A stretch of DNA of 64,000 nt, from NCBI RefSeq assembly GCF_009914755.1, contig NC_060928.1, one strand, 5' to 3'. Shown here piece after piece: positions 39,391 through 52,077 of this stretch. This DNA is from the human T2T-CHM13v2.0 reference genome, Homo sapiens. The translations under genes were made by a program, and so were the position numbers. Below the pieces are notes generated by a model, which worked only from the letters and a program-made list of their open reading frames with translations, searched no databases and was not told where the DNA came from. How positions within the stretch are numbered: position 1 is the stretch's first letter; every line of letters starts with the position of its first letter.

Positions 39391-39860
39391 TGTGCTGGAG
39401 AATGCTGGTTTTTCAATATCCATTCTTTCTTGCTTGCTTCAGTAATCAGCCCTTCACATTTTAGCTGGGCATATGGCTGCCTAGCTAAAGACTACGTTTC
39501 CCAGCCTCCCTGAAGCTGGATGCGGACACGGGACTAATTTTGGCCAACGGATTGTGGACAGACATTGACATATAGGACTTCTGGTTTGTGCACTGAAAAG
39601 TAAAGAGCAGGTTTCCCACTGCTTCTTTCAGAGTCCCCACAGATTGGAAAATAAAAACAGTCATCTTAGACAATAAAACGAAAGCCTCAGATCAAATACA
39701 GAAGACATTAGGATCCTGGGTTCCTGATACTGTCAAGCTTCCAGGCCACCCCTGATCATTTACCCAGACTTACAAGAGGGGATATAAACTTCTATCTTGA
39801 TTGTCATTGTATTTTTAGACTATCCGTTACCTCAGAAAAATCTGTATCCTATCTAATAAA
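39391..39860 (+). mobile_element. Old MaLR LTR (MLT1J-L group)
   Basis: AAAGACTACGTTTCCCAGCCTCCC...TTTTGGCCAA; 3' ATAAACTTCTATCTTG...TATCCTATCTAATA. Confidence 0.65.
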
Positions 39861-42800
39861 GTTTCACCTAACACTTTCCTGAAATATAATTCAGGGGCTC
39901 TTGACAACATACTAAATTTGCCAGACACCTTTTTTCCAAAGAGTCCAATTCCCTTTCCATAATTTTACATCACTTTTCTTCACAGTGTCTCTGATGTAAT
40001 TTAATAACAATGCTTTAAGATTGACCTAACCCCCAGATTCCATGACCCCAGTGTTCACGTCAGGCTGCTTTCTGCCCTGGAAAACAACATCTGGTTCTGT
40101 TTCATACTCCTGGGCAAGCTAAATTCCCAGTTTTCAGGGACCAAGAACAAGATTATTTTAACTCATTTTTCAGAAAAAAAAATCTTTTTCATTCATAGTC
40201 CTTGCAATTCACCAAAAACACACTTAATATATAAGATTAATAGACAGCAACTTACGGCTTTTCTCTAACGTTATCTTATGGCATAAAACAGTTAATATCC
40301 TTCTACTGTACACACCTTACCCATAATAAATAGCTTTCTCATATACTAAAGACAGGTTCAGATATTTATAAAGTACTTTTATCTATTCAGAGAGAAAAAC
40401 ACTATAAAACATAAACATTCTGTGGCTCTCAGGTTTCCCCAGCACCCTATCTTCTCTCTCCATAAAAATGGGATAATTATAACTGCCACAAACTATTGCG
40501 TGCTGATGTTATGAAAATAAATGAAATAACCAATATATGAAAGCATTTTGTGCTCTTAGGAAGAATAAATCCACCTTAAATCCAAGAAGGTATAATTCTT
40601 TATAATGTTTTCCAGGGATTTGCTGAACAGCCCTAGAGAGGTCATTACCCACAACAAACTTTTGGTACTGAAGGACCACCTTTCTAACAAAAATCTCATC
40701 TCTTGCACCTGACAACACTTTTCGATTAATTAGGGGTAGGTCCAGATGCTGCTCTATTTGGCCATCTTCAGTGCTCTAAAAGAATCCAGATTTTTTACTT
40801 CAATGTCTTGCAACAACTGAAATGAACAAAAAGCTCTCTAAATCACAGGTTTCAGTTGACAGGTTAACAGTGAAACCCATTTCAGTCAACTTCAAATGCA
40901 AAGCAGATTTGGCAAGAACCAGGGTGGGGATGAGTGGGAAAAACAAAGCCCTGGTGGCAGTCTGACAACTCCCTCACGTCTACTGTCTGCTGTAACACAT
41001 CAGCGACCTCTGAGGACCCAGCCAGTCAGCTGAGCTTGGCCTCCAACTCAACCAAATGAACGTCTTTTAGTTGGCATTCCTTCATTACGTATAGAAATCT
41101 GCTTTAGGTATATAGCTTCAGCAGATAATTTAGAAATAAGAATTTATGGTTGTAAATTAAAAAGCCAAAATTGTATGAATCTGACTCATAAATCACAGTC
41201 CTTACCCTAATATCCAACACTTTAATGACTCTGGCTAACTTCCTATTTACCTTGTGCTGGGGTTAACTAACAGACTTCTTTGCTTTTAGGGGAAGAGCCA
41301 AATGTTTCTGCACACCCCATGCTGTTTTAGGAAGCTGCCAAACAAAGAAATAAGGAGTGTGCCAGCTGCCTCTGTACCTCACTGTGTGTATATGTGATAC
41401 AGCTGAGTCAAAGCATCCCATATCAGATCATCAATTAGCTGTGGGTGATGTGGAGGCGGGGGAGCTTTAACATCTTGGCAGTCTTCCTGGAGCATAGTTA
41501 CAGTGATGTAAGGTAATATCAGAGCTGGAGTGATTTGCAAGAGGATCACTGAGGTCTTCAACACAGTTCTACTCTCACTCCTGATGGCTTGTCCCTGAGG
41601 TTTCTATCACTGACAAAACACTTAAGATATAGCTCGGGTGTTGAATGTCACTTTTCATTGAAATTTCTCAAAATACTAATTTTCTAGTGCATGGTTTTCC
41701 CTCAAGCCAATGTTTTTAACAAGAAAACACTGCTTATATGTTCAGATAAGTGTTAAAGAAAACAGAAATGACAAGTTTTGAAATAAGCACTACACATTGC
41801 CCCATAATTCAAAATGTGTGCTAATTCTATTTACAACTTAGTGACTACTAACCATACCTGTAATTGCTCATTAAAAAATATTTAGGATGCTGAAAAATCA
41901 GAAACAAAAGAAAGTAAACATTCAATTTATAATACACCAAATACTTAAAGTTATGTTTTATAAGTCAATCCTACCTACACCATGCTAGCAATAAAGTATA
42001 CTCTATTAAAGAATTGCTTCTCAATGTGATACTTTGAAAATGGTTGCCAAGACACTCTTAAACTTTTTCCAAAATCATTGAAAGACCTCTTCTAGTCTTT
42101 CTAAAGCAGGCTCAATGTAATCACCACTTTTCCTAGTGATCATAAACTAGGTTGTCCTGCAGCTTAACAGAGCATTATAGAAAGAAAGAGACACGCATAT
42201 ATACGCACTCTGTATGCCCTCTGCTAATTCCAACACAGCATGCAATATGCAAATCACAGCACAGGAACAGCTAAAACATAATTAACAACTCTGAAATAAG
42301 TCTTGCATTTTATCTACCATGCATCAGTCTGGGCAAAACTACTTTGACTTAAGGAATGAGTTCCATCTACGAGGTAGCTCTTATGCTTGTGAATCCGAGC
42401 AATCCAGCACACCAAAAATAATGAAGTCATTTATCATATTCTTTCCATCCACTTTCACTCATCCATTCAACAAACATACACTGAGGAGTCTCTTTTTAGC
42501 AGACGCTGTTCCACGCCCTAAGGATGCAGCCTCCACCTCACTCTGCACTTCAGAATGTGGAGAACCCTGAAGGGAACATTTTTTTTCCAAGAAAGAAGAT
42601 ATCAGTTAATAAAAAAAAAAAAAAACAAATTATTAAATCTCATTCAGATAGTTTAAAAACAGGAATTTTTCTCAACAGTTAATCACTATCTACATAGTGA
42701 TTTCAGATTTTTTTAACTTTTAATATACTGTTTTATAAAAAAGATTATTAGCTTCACTGAACAAACTACAAAGAACCACATTACGAAGGAAAGTGATAAC

Positions 42801-43898
42801 TCAGATAAATGATTTTGTTTCCATTTTAGAGAGGGGGCACACATATACATGAGTCCACATAACTTTCCTATATCTTACCAAGTTGAATTTTTTTAATACT
42901 AAGCTACAGAGAGCAGTAGCATGTGACACAACCATCTTACATAGAATACAAAGTGCCCTGAAGAGGATCATTCTCCACTGCGTTTTCTCTATTCTCACTT
43001 ACACTCAGAAACATAAACCAGACTGTTTCTTACACTTATCTACCTCCTGCTTTTAGCACTGTGCTGAGAAAATAGGGAGTATATAATAAACAGTAGATAA
43101 TTGAATGAAATGTTTTATTATTGTGCTTTTCATTATATTCACTGAATATTTCTTCCATTTACATGACAAAGAATGTTATGTAGGGGCATTGCTTTTGCAG
43201 GTCCTCTTCCACTAGATATACTGGTAAAGCAAGATGACCTTCAATTAATATTTTCAAGTAACTTTAACAGCCTAGGTGAGAGTTACATGCAACAAAGAAT
43301 GGCACCAAAACAATGGGTTAAGGTGAACACTGCTCTGTACATATTCAGAATAAGCTAGTATCTATTTCTATTTCCAAAAGCAGATGAAACTAATCACATA
43401 ACAATGCTGAATAGTAAAGATTTCATTTTTATTCCAAACAACTAGATAGGAGATAATGCCAGAAAAAAAAATGAGAGTTCCTAACATGTTCATATGCGTC
43501 TGAATAACCCAGTCAACTCCTTCAGAGATGAAATATCATCCAAATCAATGAGAGTTTCTCTCAATAAAAATACAGGCAACATTAAAATGTAAAATTAAAC
43601 AGAAAAGATTAACCAATCAACTCTATTTCTTTCCAGACACAAAGCAGTAAATTTTAGTATCTTTGGGGATATTTATGAGATTCATAAAACAGAATTGAAC
43701 ATGTTATTAGTAACAACATTAATAAATTTCCCTCACTTTATTTTCAAAAACCTTCAGTAAATAATTATTATCTTTGAAATACAGACTATTTCTACGTAAT
43801 GTATATAACTCACAGAAAGGAGTATATAATGTCCCCACTGTTTACTACTGTATCTTATGTTTTCATTGGAAATACTTGCTCTCAAGAGTAAACCTCAA

Positions 43899-44190
<292 letters not shown>

Positions 44191-44910
44191 AGTAAACATC
44201 AAAATTCAGTATATGGTTCTTGTTAGGTATTAATTTCATTATAGCTCTGTGATGAAACAATTTGGGAAGGGAAAAGGGAGGGTGCAACATAAAGGAGCGA
44301 AGCCTCAAAAAAAAATCACTAAGAGGTAAAAGGCTCCTACTAGTATCAAAACAAATTGCAATATGGTTGTCAAAAAACTCCATTTTATATTGAATAACTG
44401 TAATGTTTTATATTGAAATTTTCACAATTTTAATAAAATTGTCTAAAACCTCTGAATGTCTCTGCTCTTCTACTTAAAATTTTAAAATTCACTTCTGTTC
44501 CAAAAGAGATAATGGTCTAAGTTCAAAATAGTCGCTCTCTCTTTTAAGTTTCTGCCCACCTTACAAAACACTGCAGAATGCAGTCTACCTGTAAGATACC
44601 TTCCAAGATACTGGCAGGCAAGATGAGCCAGCATATTCCAACAGACAAAATTGCAATGTGATCTTATTTTGCTTCCCACCGTTTTTAACATTTACACAGT
44701 GGGTGAAGTTCTTCCCCTTCCATGGCTGAAAAATCATACAATCGTGACCTTTTTGATAACTCTTATGTAATAAAATGCCTATATTTTCTTTAGGTTGCAA
44801 AATACAGTCTCAATCTGACCCCTAGAAAGTGAGTCTCCTGCGATAATTAAGTGATGCCAACATCACTCCATGTTCCAGCTGTTTCCCCTGTTCCTGGATA
44901 AAGCCTCCCA

Positions 44911-45325
44911 CCTGGGAATAGATAAAGCAAATGTGGTATATATACAGCATGGAATCCTACACAGCCATAAAAAAGAATAAAATTATTCCCTTTGCAGCAA
45001 CACGGATGGTGCTGGAGGCCATTATCCTAAGCGAGTTAACACAGGAACAGAAAACCAAATACCGCATGTTCTCAATTATAAGTGGGAGCTAAACACTGAG
45101 CACACATGGGCACAAAGAAGGGAACCACAGACACCGGGGCCTACTTGAGAGTGAACGGAGAGGAGGGTGGATGAGAACTGAAAAACTACCTATCGGGTAC
45201 TATGCTCATTATCTAGGTGACAAAATTATCTGTACACCAAATCCCCTGTGACACACCATCTACCAAGGTAACAAACCTGCATTGCATATGAACCTAAAAT
45301 AAAAGTTGAAAAGAAAAAAGAAAAT
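44911..45325 (+). mobile_element. Old primate L1 (L1PA13-16/L1PB-like) 3' end
   Basis: CAGCCATAAAAAAGAAT, CAGAAAACCAAATACCGCATGTTCTCA.TTATAAGTGGGAGCTAAAC; TSD TAAAGCCTCCCA (44899-44910 / 45487-45498). Confidence 0.92.
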
Positions 45326-45334
45326 ATTTTTAAA

Positions 45335-45414
45335 TACATATATATATATTGTGTGTGTGTATGTATATATATGAAACAATATATATGTATATATATGAAA
45401 CTATATATATATGA

Positions 45415-45460
<46 letters not shown>

Positions 45461-45462
45461 CA
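45335..45462. repeat. Compound (TA)n/TGAAAC repeat including a pure (TA)19 run (45418-45456)
   Basis: Direct reading; lies inside the L1 TSD pair. Confidence 0.95.
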
Positions 45463-46024
45463 ATTAAAAATACAAAAAGTATTTTTTAAAGCCTCCCAGT
45501 TAGGAAGGGCAAGAGAGACACTTTTCCTTTCTGATCATCTCCTATCCTGTTTGCTAGCTGTTCACTCTGAGCCTTCCTTAATGTTCCTTAATGTTCCTTA
45601 ATGTTCATTCTGAGCATTAAGAGATGGGGAGTGATAGGGAGAAGAGGTATGGGGAGCAAGACGTTCTTACTTAAATTACCTGGCATTGTCATCAGTGGGC
45701 ATCCCATTCTATGAACCTGGAAGATATTCAGAAAAAAAACTTAAAAAATAAAAAAAAATTAAAGATGTTAAGAGAAAGAAAAGCTCTTTCATTAGCAGGA
45801 TGCCTATGAAAGATTTTAGAGACATTCCGTTGCTGGAGATTCTTTGACCCTGCCAAATACGTTTCTAATCTGGTTGTTTGTTTAACTGTTTAACCTCTTT
45901 CCAAACCCTAAGGAACCCAAAGATCCAACTGGAGCTTCCACCTGCTATGGTCTGTTCAGAATTCCAGGCAACCATGTTGACCAATGTGTAATATTATTTC
46001 ACAATGCCTCGACCTGAAGAATGC

Positions 46025-46150
46025 TATAGCAGGAGAAAGAATGTGGGCTTTCACAGTCATAAGACCTGTATTTTGAATTCCAGGCCCTTTATTTCCTGAT
46101 TGCCCTTGGAGTAACTAACTCTGAGTCTCAGTTTCCTCATCTATAAAACA
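46025..46150 (+). mobile_element. MIR
   Basis: AAAGAATGTGGGCTTT...CTCTGAGTCTCAGTTTCCTCATCTATAAAA. Confidence 0.8.
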
Positions 46151-46244
46151 ATATGTTATTTTAATATTTTAAATAATTCTCTAGTCATGACTCATAGAAG
46201 GGCATTAAGAATTGGAAGACCAATTACACAGAACACAGAGGAAT

Positions 46245-46770
46245 GATGATCTGGTTATCCATTGCTCATAGCAAACCACCTATAAACTTAGTGATTTAAA
46301 GGAATAATTTATTATTATCCTATGGTTGTGTGGCCTCATCTGGGTAGTTCTCTGATATGGTTACAGATGATGGCTAAGATTTCAGTCATTTGAAGCCTTA
46401 CCTGGGCTGGACATCTAAGATGGCTTATGCACCTGGCCAGCAGCTAATGCTAGCTATCAGCTAAGTGTTCAGCTGACCTGACAACCAAACCACCTACACA
46501 TAGACTCTCTATGTGGCTTGGCATTATTATGATATAGAGGCTGAGTTCCAAAAGGGAGCCCTCCAAGAGCAAGCATTCTAAAAGTCCTATTGGGAGGCTG
46601 AATGCCTTTATAGAAGTTAGTGCATGACATCACTTCTGCCACACTTTATTGGTTAAGAAATCAAGGCAAGTCCAGATTAAAGGAGAGGGAAATTAAACTC
46701 CATTTCATGATATGAAGACAGTATGCCCATGTCAGAAGGGAATCAACTGTTATATAGACTATCTACCACA
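46245..46770 (-). mobile_element. Old MaLR LTR (MLT1H-like), antisense
   Basis: AACTTAGTGATTTAAA (antisense 3' end), CATCACTTCTGCCACACTTTATTGGT; ends TCTACCACA. Confidence 0.75.
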
Positions 46771-47401
46771 AATGACTGTGGAGGAAAGTGGAAAGCCAAG
46801 GAAGGGGGAAAAGTAGTACCCATGAGTTCCCTAAAATGAGATGTATATGAGGATAAAATTACAAGTTCTGAAATTTTTTATCTTTTGCTTTTAAAATTTC
46901 TAATTGTTGTACAGAGTAAATACAATAGCAGTACTCTGGTACATGTATGGTACATGCTCAAAAAATTTCAGTAACAGGAATGAAGGCAAGGAATTATCTG
47001 TCTTCTGCGGCAGAAGACAGTAAGAGAGTATAAGAATTAGTGACATAGGTCCCTACTTGTTCTTCACCACATATATAGGAGAAATATTTGCTTTTCATAA
47101 GTAATAATAGAGATGTATAACCTAAAATATTTGGAGACCACTGACAGGGTGACCTGTTTCTGTCCAGACATGGGGATGACTTCAAGTGTACCACAAGGGA
47201 TTCATGCATCAGTATGTGCTTAAAAACAGAAAAAGACTAAAAAAGCTAGAATGAATTTCTAGAATACTAATTATTAAATCATGGTATCTATTGACTTGCT
47301 TCTATTGTTTTGGAATATGACTAGCAGAATCTAATCTAAGATGACAGAAGTGCCTGAGTATCTATATTTTTACTGAGATAATACTAATCATAAGAAACAT
47401 A

Positions 47402-47898
47402 TGTGGTAGATTACAGACAGCTGCAAAGTATGCAACACTCCTCCCATTAAAAGATGAGATCCATGTTACCTCTCCTTAAATCTTAGTGGGCTCTGCGACT
47501 ATTAATTGACCAACAGGATATGGCACAAGAGATGCTGAACCAGTGTCTGGGCCTTAGGATGCTGGCAGCTTTCACTTTCTGTCTTTTCGTGATACTTGTT
47601 CTTGGAAACCAGCTGCACGCTGTTGAGGGAGCCCAAACATCCCAATGGGGAGGACCATGTGGGGAGGAACTGAGAAGCCTGGTCAACAGCCCATTTAATC
47701 TCCCAGTTAACAGCACCAACTTACCAGCCATGTAAGTGAGTCATCTTAGAAATGGATCCTGCAGCCCCAGTTGAGCTATCCCAGTTGATGCCACATGAAA
47801 CGAAGTCAAATCCTATCCAAATTGCAGGTTTGTAAACAAATTAATGATTACTGTTATTAGAAATCATCAAGTTTTAGGGTGGCTTATTATACAATGCA
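47402..47898 (+). mobile_element. Old MaLR LTR (MLT1G/H-like)
   Basis: TGTGGTAGATT start; GGAGGAACTGAG; CAGCACCAACTTACCAGCCATGTAAGTGAG; AAGTTTTAGGGTGG. Confidence 0.8.
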
Positions 47899-50099
47899 AT
47901 GTCCTAACCTTAGCTGTCCAAATTGTAAGTTTAATATTGCCTTTCTCCAGTAAAGTAAATAATGAGCTTCACCTAACATGAGAATCTACCATCATATTTT
48001 ATGGTGAGTAATTCAACAGATCTAAGCTATGATGTGACATGCTATCACGTAGATAGTAAAAATAGTGCCCCTGACATGATCACCTTCATCTCTGAATGTG
48101 ACCCTACTGTCACACATCAGAAGGTTGAGTCCCCCATAGTCATCATAGATTAGCCTCAACCCACCCTCAGCCGTTTGCCTGATTTCTCCCTGTAACCAAT
48201 GACATCTATTGGTAAGATTAATGATCTGGGCTTTAAAGACAGTATGATACGTGATTATGAAAGGGAATAAAACTTCAGACTCATAGGGCCTAATCTGTGT
48301 CCTCAGCCTCATAAATGGTCCATTTTGACCAATTTAACCTCAAACAAATTAAAAAAAAGTAACAGAAAAACATATTGAAAACTTCATAAAATCAATTAGG
48401 TTGTTTCATACAATAGCATTAAAATGAGGCTCCACTGTAGTGAACCAAAAACATCTAGAGGCCATATAGACAGTGTTATACCTTAACTTTATAATTACTA
48501 TTTTATATACATGGTCTATGGGAAACTGGGAGTAGTCACCAAGTCAATCTACATTGTTTATGTACAGTAACACTAAGAAACACTAGTAACACTAGTAACC
48601 AGTAACACTGAGAAAAGTCCTAGATTACCAACTTTGTTAGAAACACTAATAGTCGCTTTAAAATTATTTAAATATACATTTTTTTATTTTCCTGCAACAG
48701 TACTATGAACATCCCCATTTGGAGATATATAAATATATATACATATATATAATCTAAAACAAGTTACGTGTTGGACAGGGGCCAAGTGGAGAAAAAAGTA
48801 TCAATGCAAGATGAAACATACAACAAAAGGGAAGTCAGGAACCATCTACCCTGTGCTTCCAGAAAGCAGAAGAGATCAGAACTGGTGATGTTAGTCTGAG
48901 TCAAAGATGCCAAAAAGATGCCAAAAGGACCTGAGGAAGTGCTCTGTGAAAGCCATGGTTACCCTTTGATCTCACCATGGCTGGCATAGCGCTAACGAGA
49001 CAGAGCTTGACAGGTTTCATTCTGGTTTAGTCTGGTGCTCAGACTAGCAGCAGATTCATTTCATAATTTTTAACATGACATAGAAGAAAGCCTAAACGTA
49101 CAATCTTCCTGTGTGTCTGGAGATTTTTCCCTTAGCTTGATGCATTGCCTTTTGATGAACATTTATCTCAGCAAATCTTATTTCTGTACACTAAGGAATT
49201 TTCTAGTTCTAGAAGAGCTTTTAAATCCTTTGGCAGAGATTCACTCATCCTAGTAAAACAATAGCTGGCAGATACACACAGTCTACAGGAAATCAGGGTA
49301 ACAAGTTAGGTCATTTTTTAGGTGAGCTACTTAGCAAACTTTGATTTGTCCTTCACAAAATGAAGATTTGTTTTCTTAAATGAAAGTACACAATTTCTTT
49401 TTATTCTCTATTCTAAAAGTCAATAAACAAATCATCAAATAAAATCTGGTTTATACCAGCTTTCATGACTCACATCTGGGCTATGTAGCTCACAACAATA
49501 TTTTCCACCATAATATTTCTGTAAAAATAATCCTAGAACATATTAAATCCAAAGAAAACAATATAGTTTATTTGGAGGTCAGTCATCAACACTTACACTA
49601 AAACTTTTCTCACCTCCCTATAATTTTGATAACTGACCTTTAGTCAGTAAGATATAAGTATGTAGAATATGTCTTTAAAACAACTAATTAGACTATATTC
49701 TGTTATTTTGCCTTGAGATCAGGAGGAAAGATGTAAGTAAAGTCAAATCTGAATTAACTCCTCCCCATATACCAATCAGCTGCTAGTTCTTTGTTACCTA
49801 AGAATGCCTTCCACATTGTATCAGGATTTCAGAGAAAGTCCCATGAGGGCAGAGGCCACCTTTTCTTGCTCACCATTGCATCCTCTGACCTAACACAGCT
49901 CCCGTCACCCAGTAAGCACTTAGCACATATTGGGAGGATGAATACAGCATGAGACCCTCCTCAAAGCGATCTTTTCTACATTCTAAAATCAAATCTATAT
50001 TAGCACCCCTCCTCTGACTTAATAAATTATTTATAGAAAGACCTTTTTAATACGTTACATGTGTGAGTCAGCACATTGGGTTCAGATAGGTATGTGTAG

Positions 50100-50378
50100 C
50101 AGGGCAGCTAGCTTGCACTGACCATCCAGTCTGAAATGTACCTCTCACCCACATGCCATCCCCCTCTGCCCCCATATCTCTTGATCCTCTTTCCTTGTTT
50201 TATTGATCTTTGTAAAAATTATTCTCAAAGATGTTCTATATGTTAAATGTCACTTGTCTATTGACTTAGAATATAAGTGCATGAGATCAGGAACTTTGTG
50301 TCACTCTATCCGGTGTTCCTACTGCCTAGGAAAATGTCGGGCACACAGCAGATGTTCATTTTATGTAATGGATGGATA
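50100..50378 (+). mobile_element. L2 3' end
   Basis: CATGAGATCAGGAACTTTG...TGCCTAGGAAAATGTCGGGCACACAGCAG...ATGGATGGA. Confidence 0.7.
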
Positions 50379-50456
50379 GGAAGGAAGGAAGGAAAAAAAG
50401 GAAGGAAGGAAGGAAGGAAGGAAGGACGGAAGGAAGGAAAGACGGAAGGAAGGAAG
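50379..50456. repeat. (GGAA)n microsatellite, about 16 units, interrupted
   Basis: Direct reading; longest pure run is 6 units. Confidence 0.95.
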
Positions 50457-50501
50457 GGGGGGCAGTTAAAGAAGAAACTCAGTGGGCTGCCATGGTAAAA
50501 A

Positions 50502-50945
50502 TGCTTATGGGTTGAATTGTGTTTCTTCAAAGAGATATGCTCAAGTTCTAACCCACAATACCTGTGTATATGACCTTATTTGGAAATGGTCTTTGTAGAT
50601 ATAATCAAATTAATATGATGTCATCCTGGATTAGAGTAGGTCCTAATCCAGTATGGCTGTCATCCTTATAAAAAGAAAAGAGACTCAGACACACACAAAA
50701 GGAGGACAGCCATGTGAAGACAGGCAGAGATTGGAGCTCTTCTGCCACAAGCCAAGAAATGCCCGGTACTATCATAAACTGTAAGAGGCAAGGAAGGGCC
50801 CTCCTCTAGAGGCTTCAGAGGGAGCATGGCCCTGCCAACATCTTGATTTCTGAGTCTCAAGAATTGAGAGAGAATAAATTTCTATTGTTTTAAGCCACAG
50901 TTTATGTATGATACTTTATTACAACAGCCCTAGAAAATTAATACA
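50502..50945 (+). mobile_element. MaLR solo LTR (MLT1C-like)
   Basis: TATGGGTTGAATTGTG; GCCATGTGAAGACAGGCAGAGATTGGAG; GAGAATAAATTTCTATTGTTTTAAGCCAC; ends ATACA. Confidence 0.9.
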
Positions 50946-51741
50946 ACTGGGCACAATAAAAGCAGGGTATATTAAGGGAAGGGTCTCAAAAACCACAGTG
51001 GAAGATTGTAGAAAGACAAACTTTGCTTAACTAAAACATTTCCTGTAATATTCAACCAAAGCTGGTTGTAGAACAATGAATAAATGAAAGATGCAATAGG
51101 AATTTTAAAAAGGAAATTCTTAGAGCAACAGGTTACATTACTCTTTTTAAAAACCTAATTATTTTTCTTAGTTTAGTACTTAATCTCTCTTTTCTTAATT
51201 TTTAATGCAAGTTTGCCTAACAAATACTATCTTTGGGATGCCTAACAACTTAAGAAATAGACAAATCTGACACTAAAGTTCAATCTCTTACCAATGAGCT
51301 AATATTTTATCTCAGATGCCAAAATGCAACTTTTCAGATGGCAGATATGCAATTTGTTACTTTTATAATTCTATTAATTTTACTGGGGGTATTTTATATT
51401 TAATTTATAGTTAATATTTAATTTTTGTTTTGACCATATTTTAAAGCAAATCCTGTTTATTCCTTTGGCCATCTAACCATTAATATATTTGAAATACAAA
51501 ACAGACAATAATCATAATAATCTAACAGCTATTATTTTTAAACACTATGTGTTAGACATATTTATAAACTCTTTTATAGATAAGTCTTTTAAGTCTAAAT
51601 AACTGTAAGAGAAATACGATTAATAACCTATTAATAATTTAGCAGGTGGAAACACTGAAGCTTTGAAATGTATAATGCAATGTGTCTCTAGTATTTCACC
51701 TTGGTTACAGGTAGGCGCTGACAAGCCAGATATCTAGTTAA

Positions 51742-52077
51742 AATCATTTCTCAGTAAGTGTGAGGGATTGGTTCCACAACCTCCCGAGGATACCATAATC
51801 CACGGAGTCCTTTGTGGATCACGTTTGAGTCCCTTATATTAAATGGTGTAGTATTTTGCATATAAACTACACACATTAGGTATTACTTATAATACCTAAT
51901 ACAATGCAAATGCTATGTAAGTAGTTGTTATACTGTTGAGTTTAGTCAATAACAACAGGAAAAAGTTTGTACATGTTCAGTATAGACACAACCATTCTTT
52001 TCTCCTCCCTGAGTATTTTCAGATCACAGTTGGTCGAAACCAAGGATACTAAACCCACAGAAATGGAGGCTGACTGT
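51742..52077. mobile_element. MER2 (TcMar-Tigger), apparently inserted in an antisense MIR
   Basis: GGGATTGGTTCC...TTACTTATAATACCTAATACAATG...TGTACATGTTCAGT...GGAGGCTGACTG followed by TA. Confidence 0.88.

Noticed and set aside
47520-47735. 71-aa ORF with a signal-peptide-like hydrophobic stretch
   Set aside because: Entirely inside an MLT1 LTR; no independent support.
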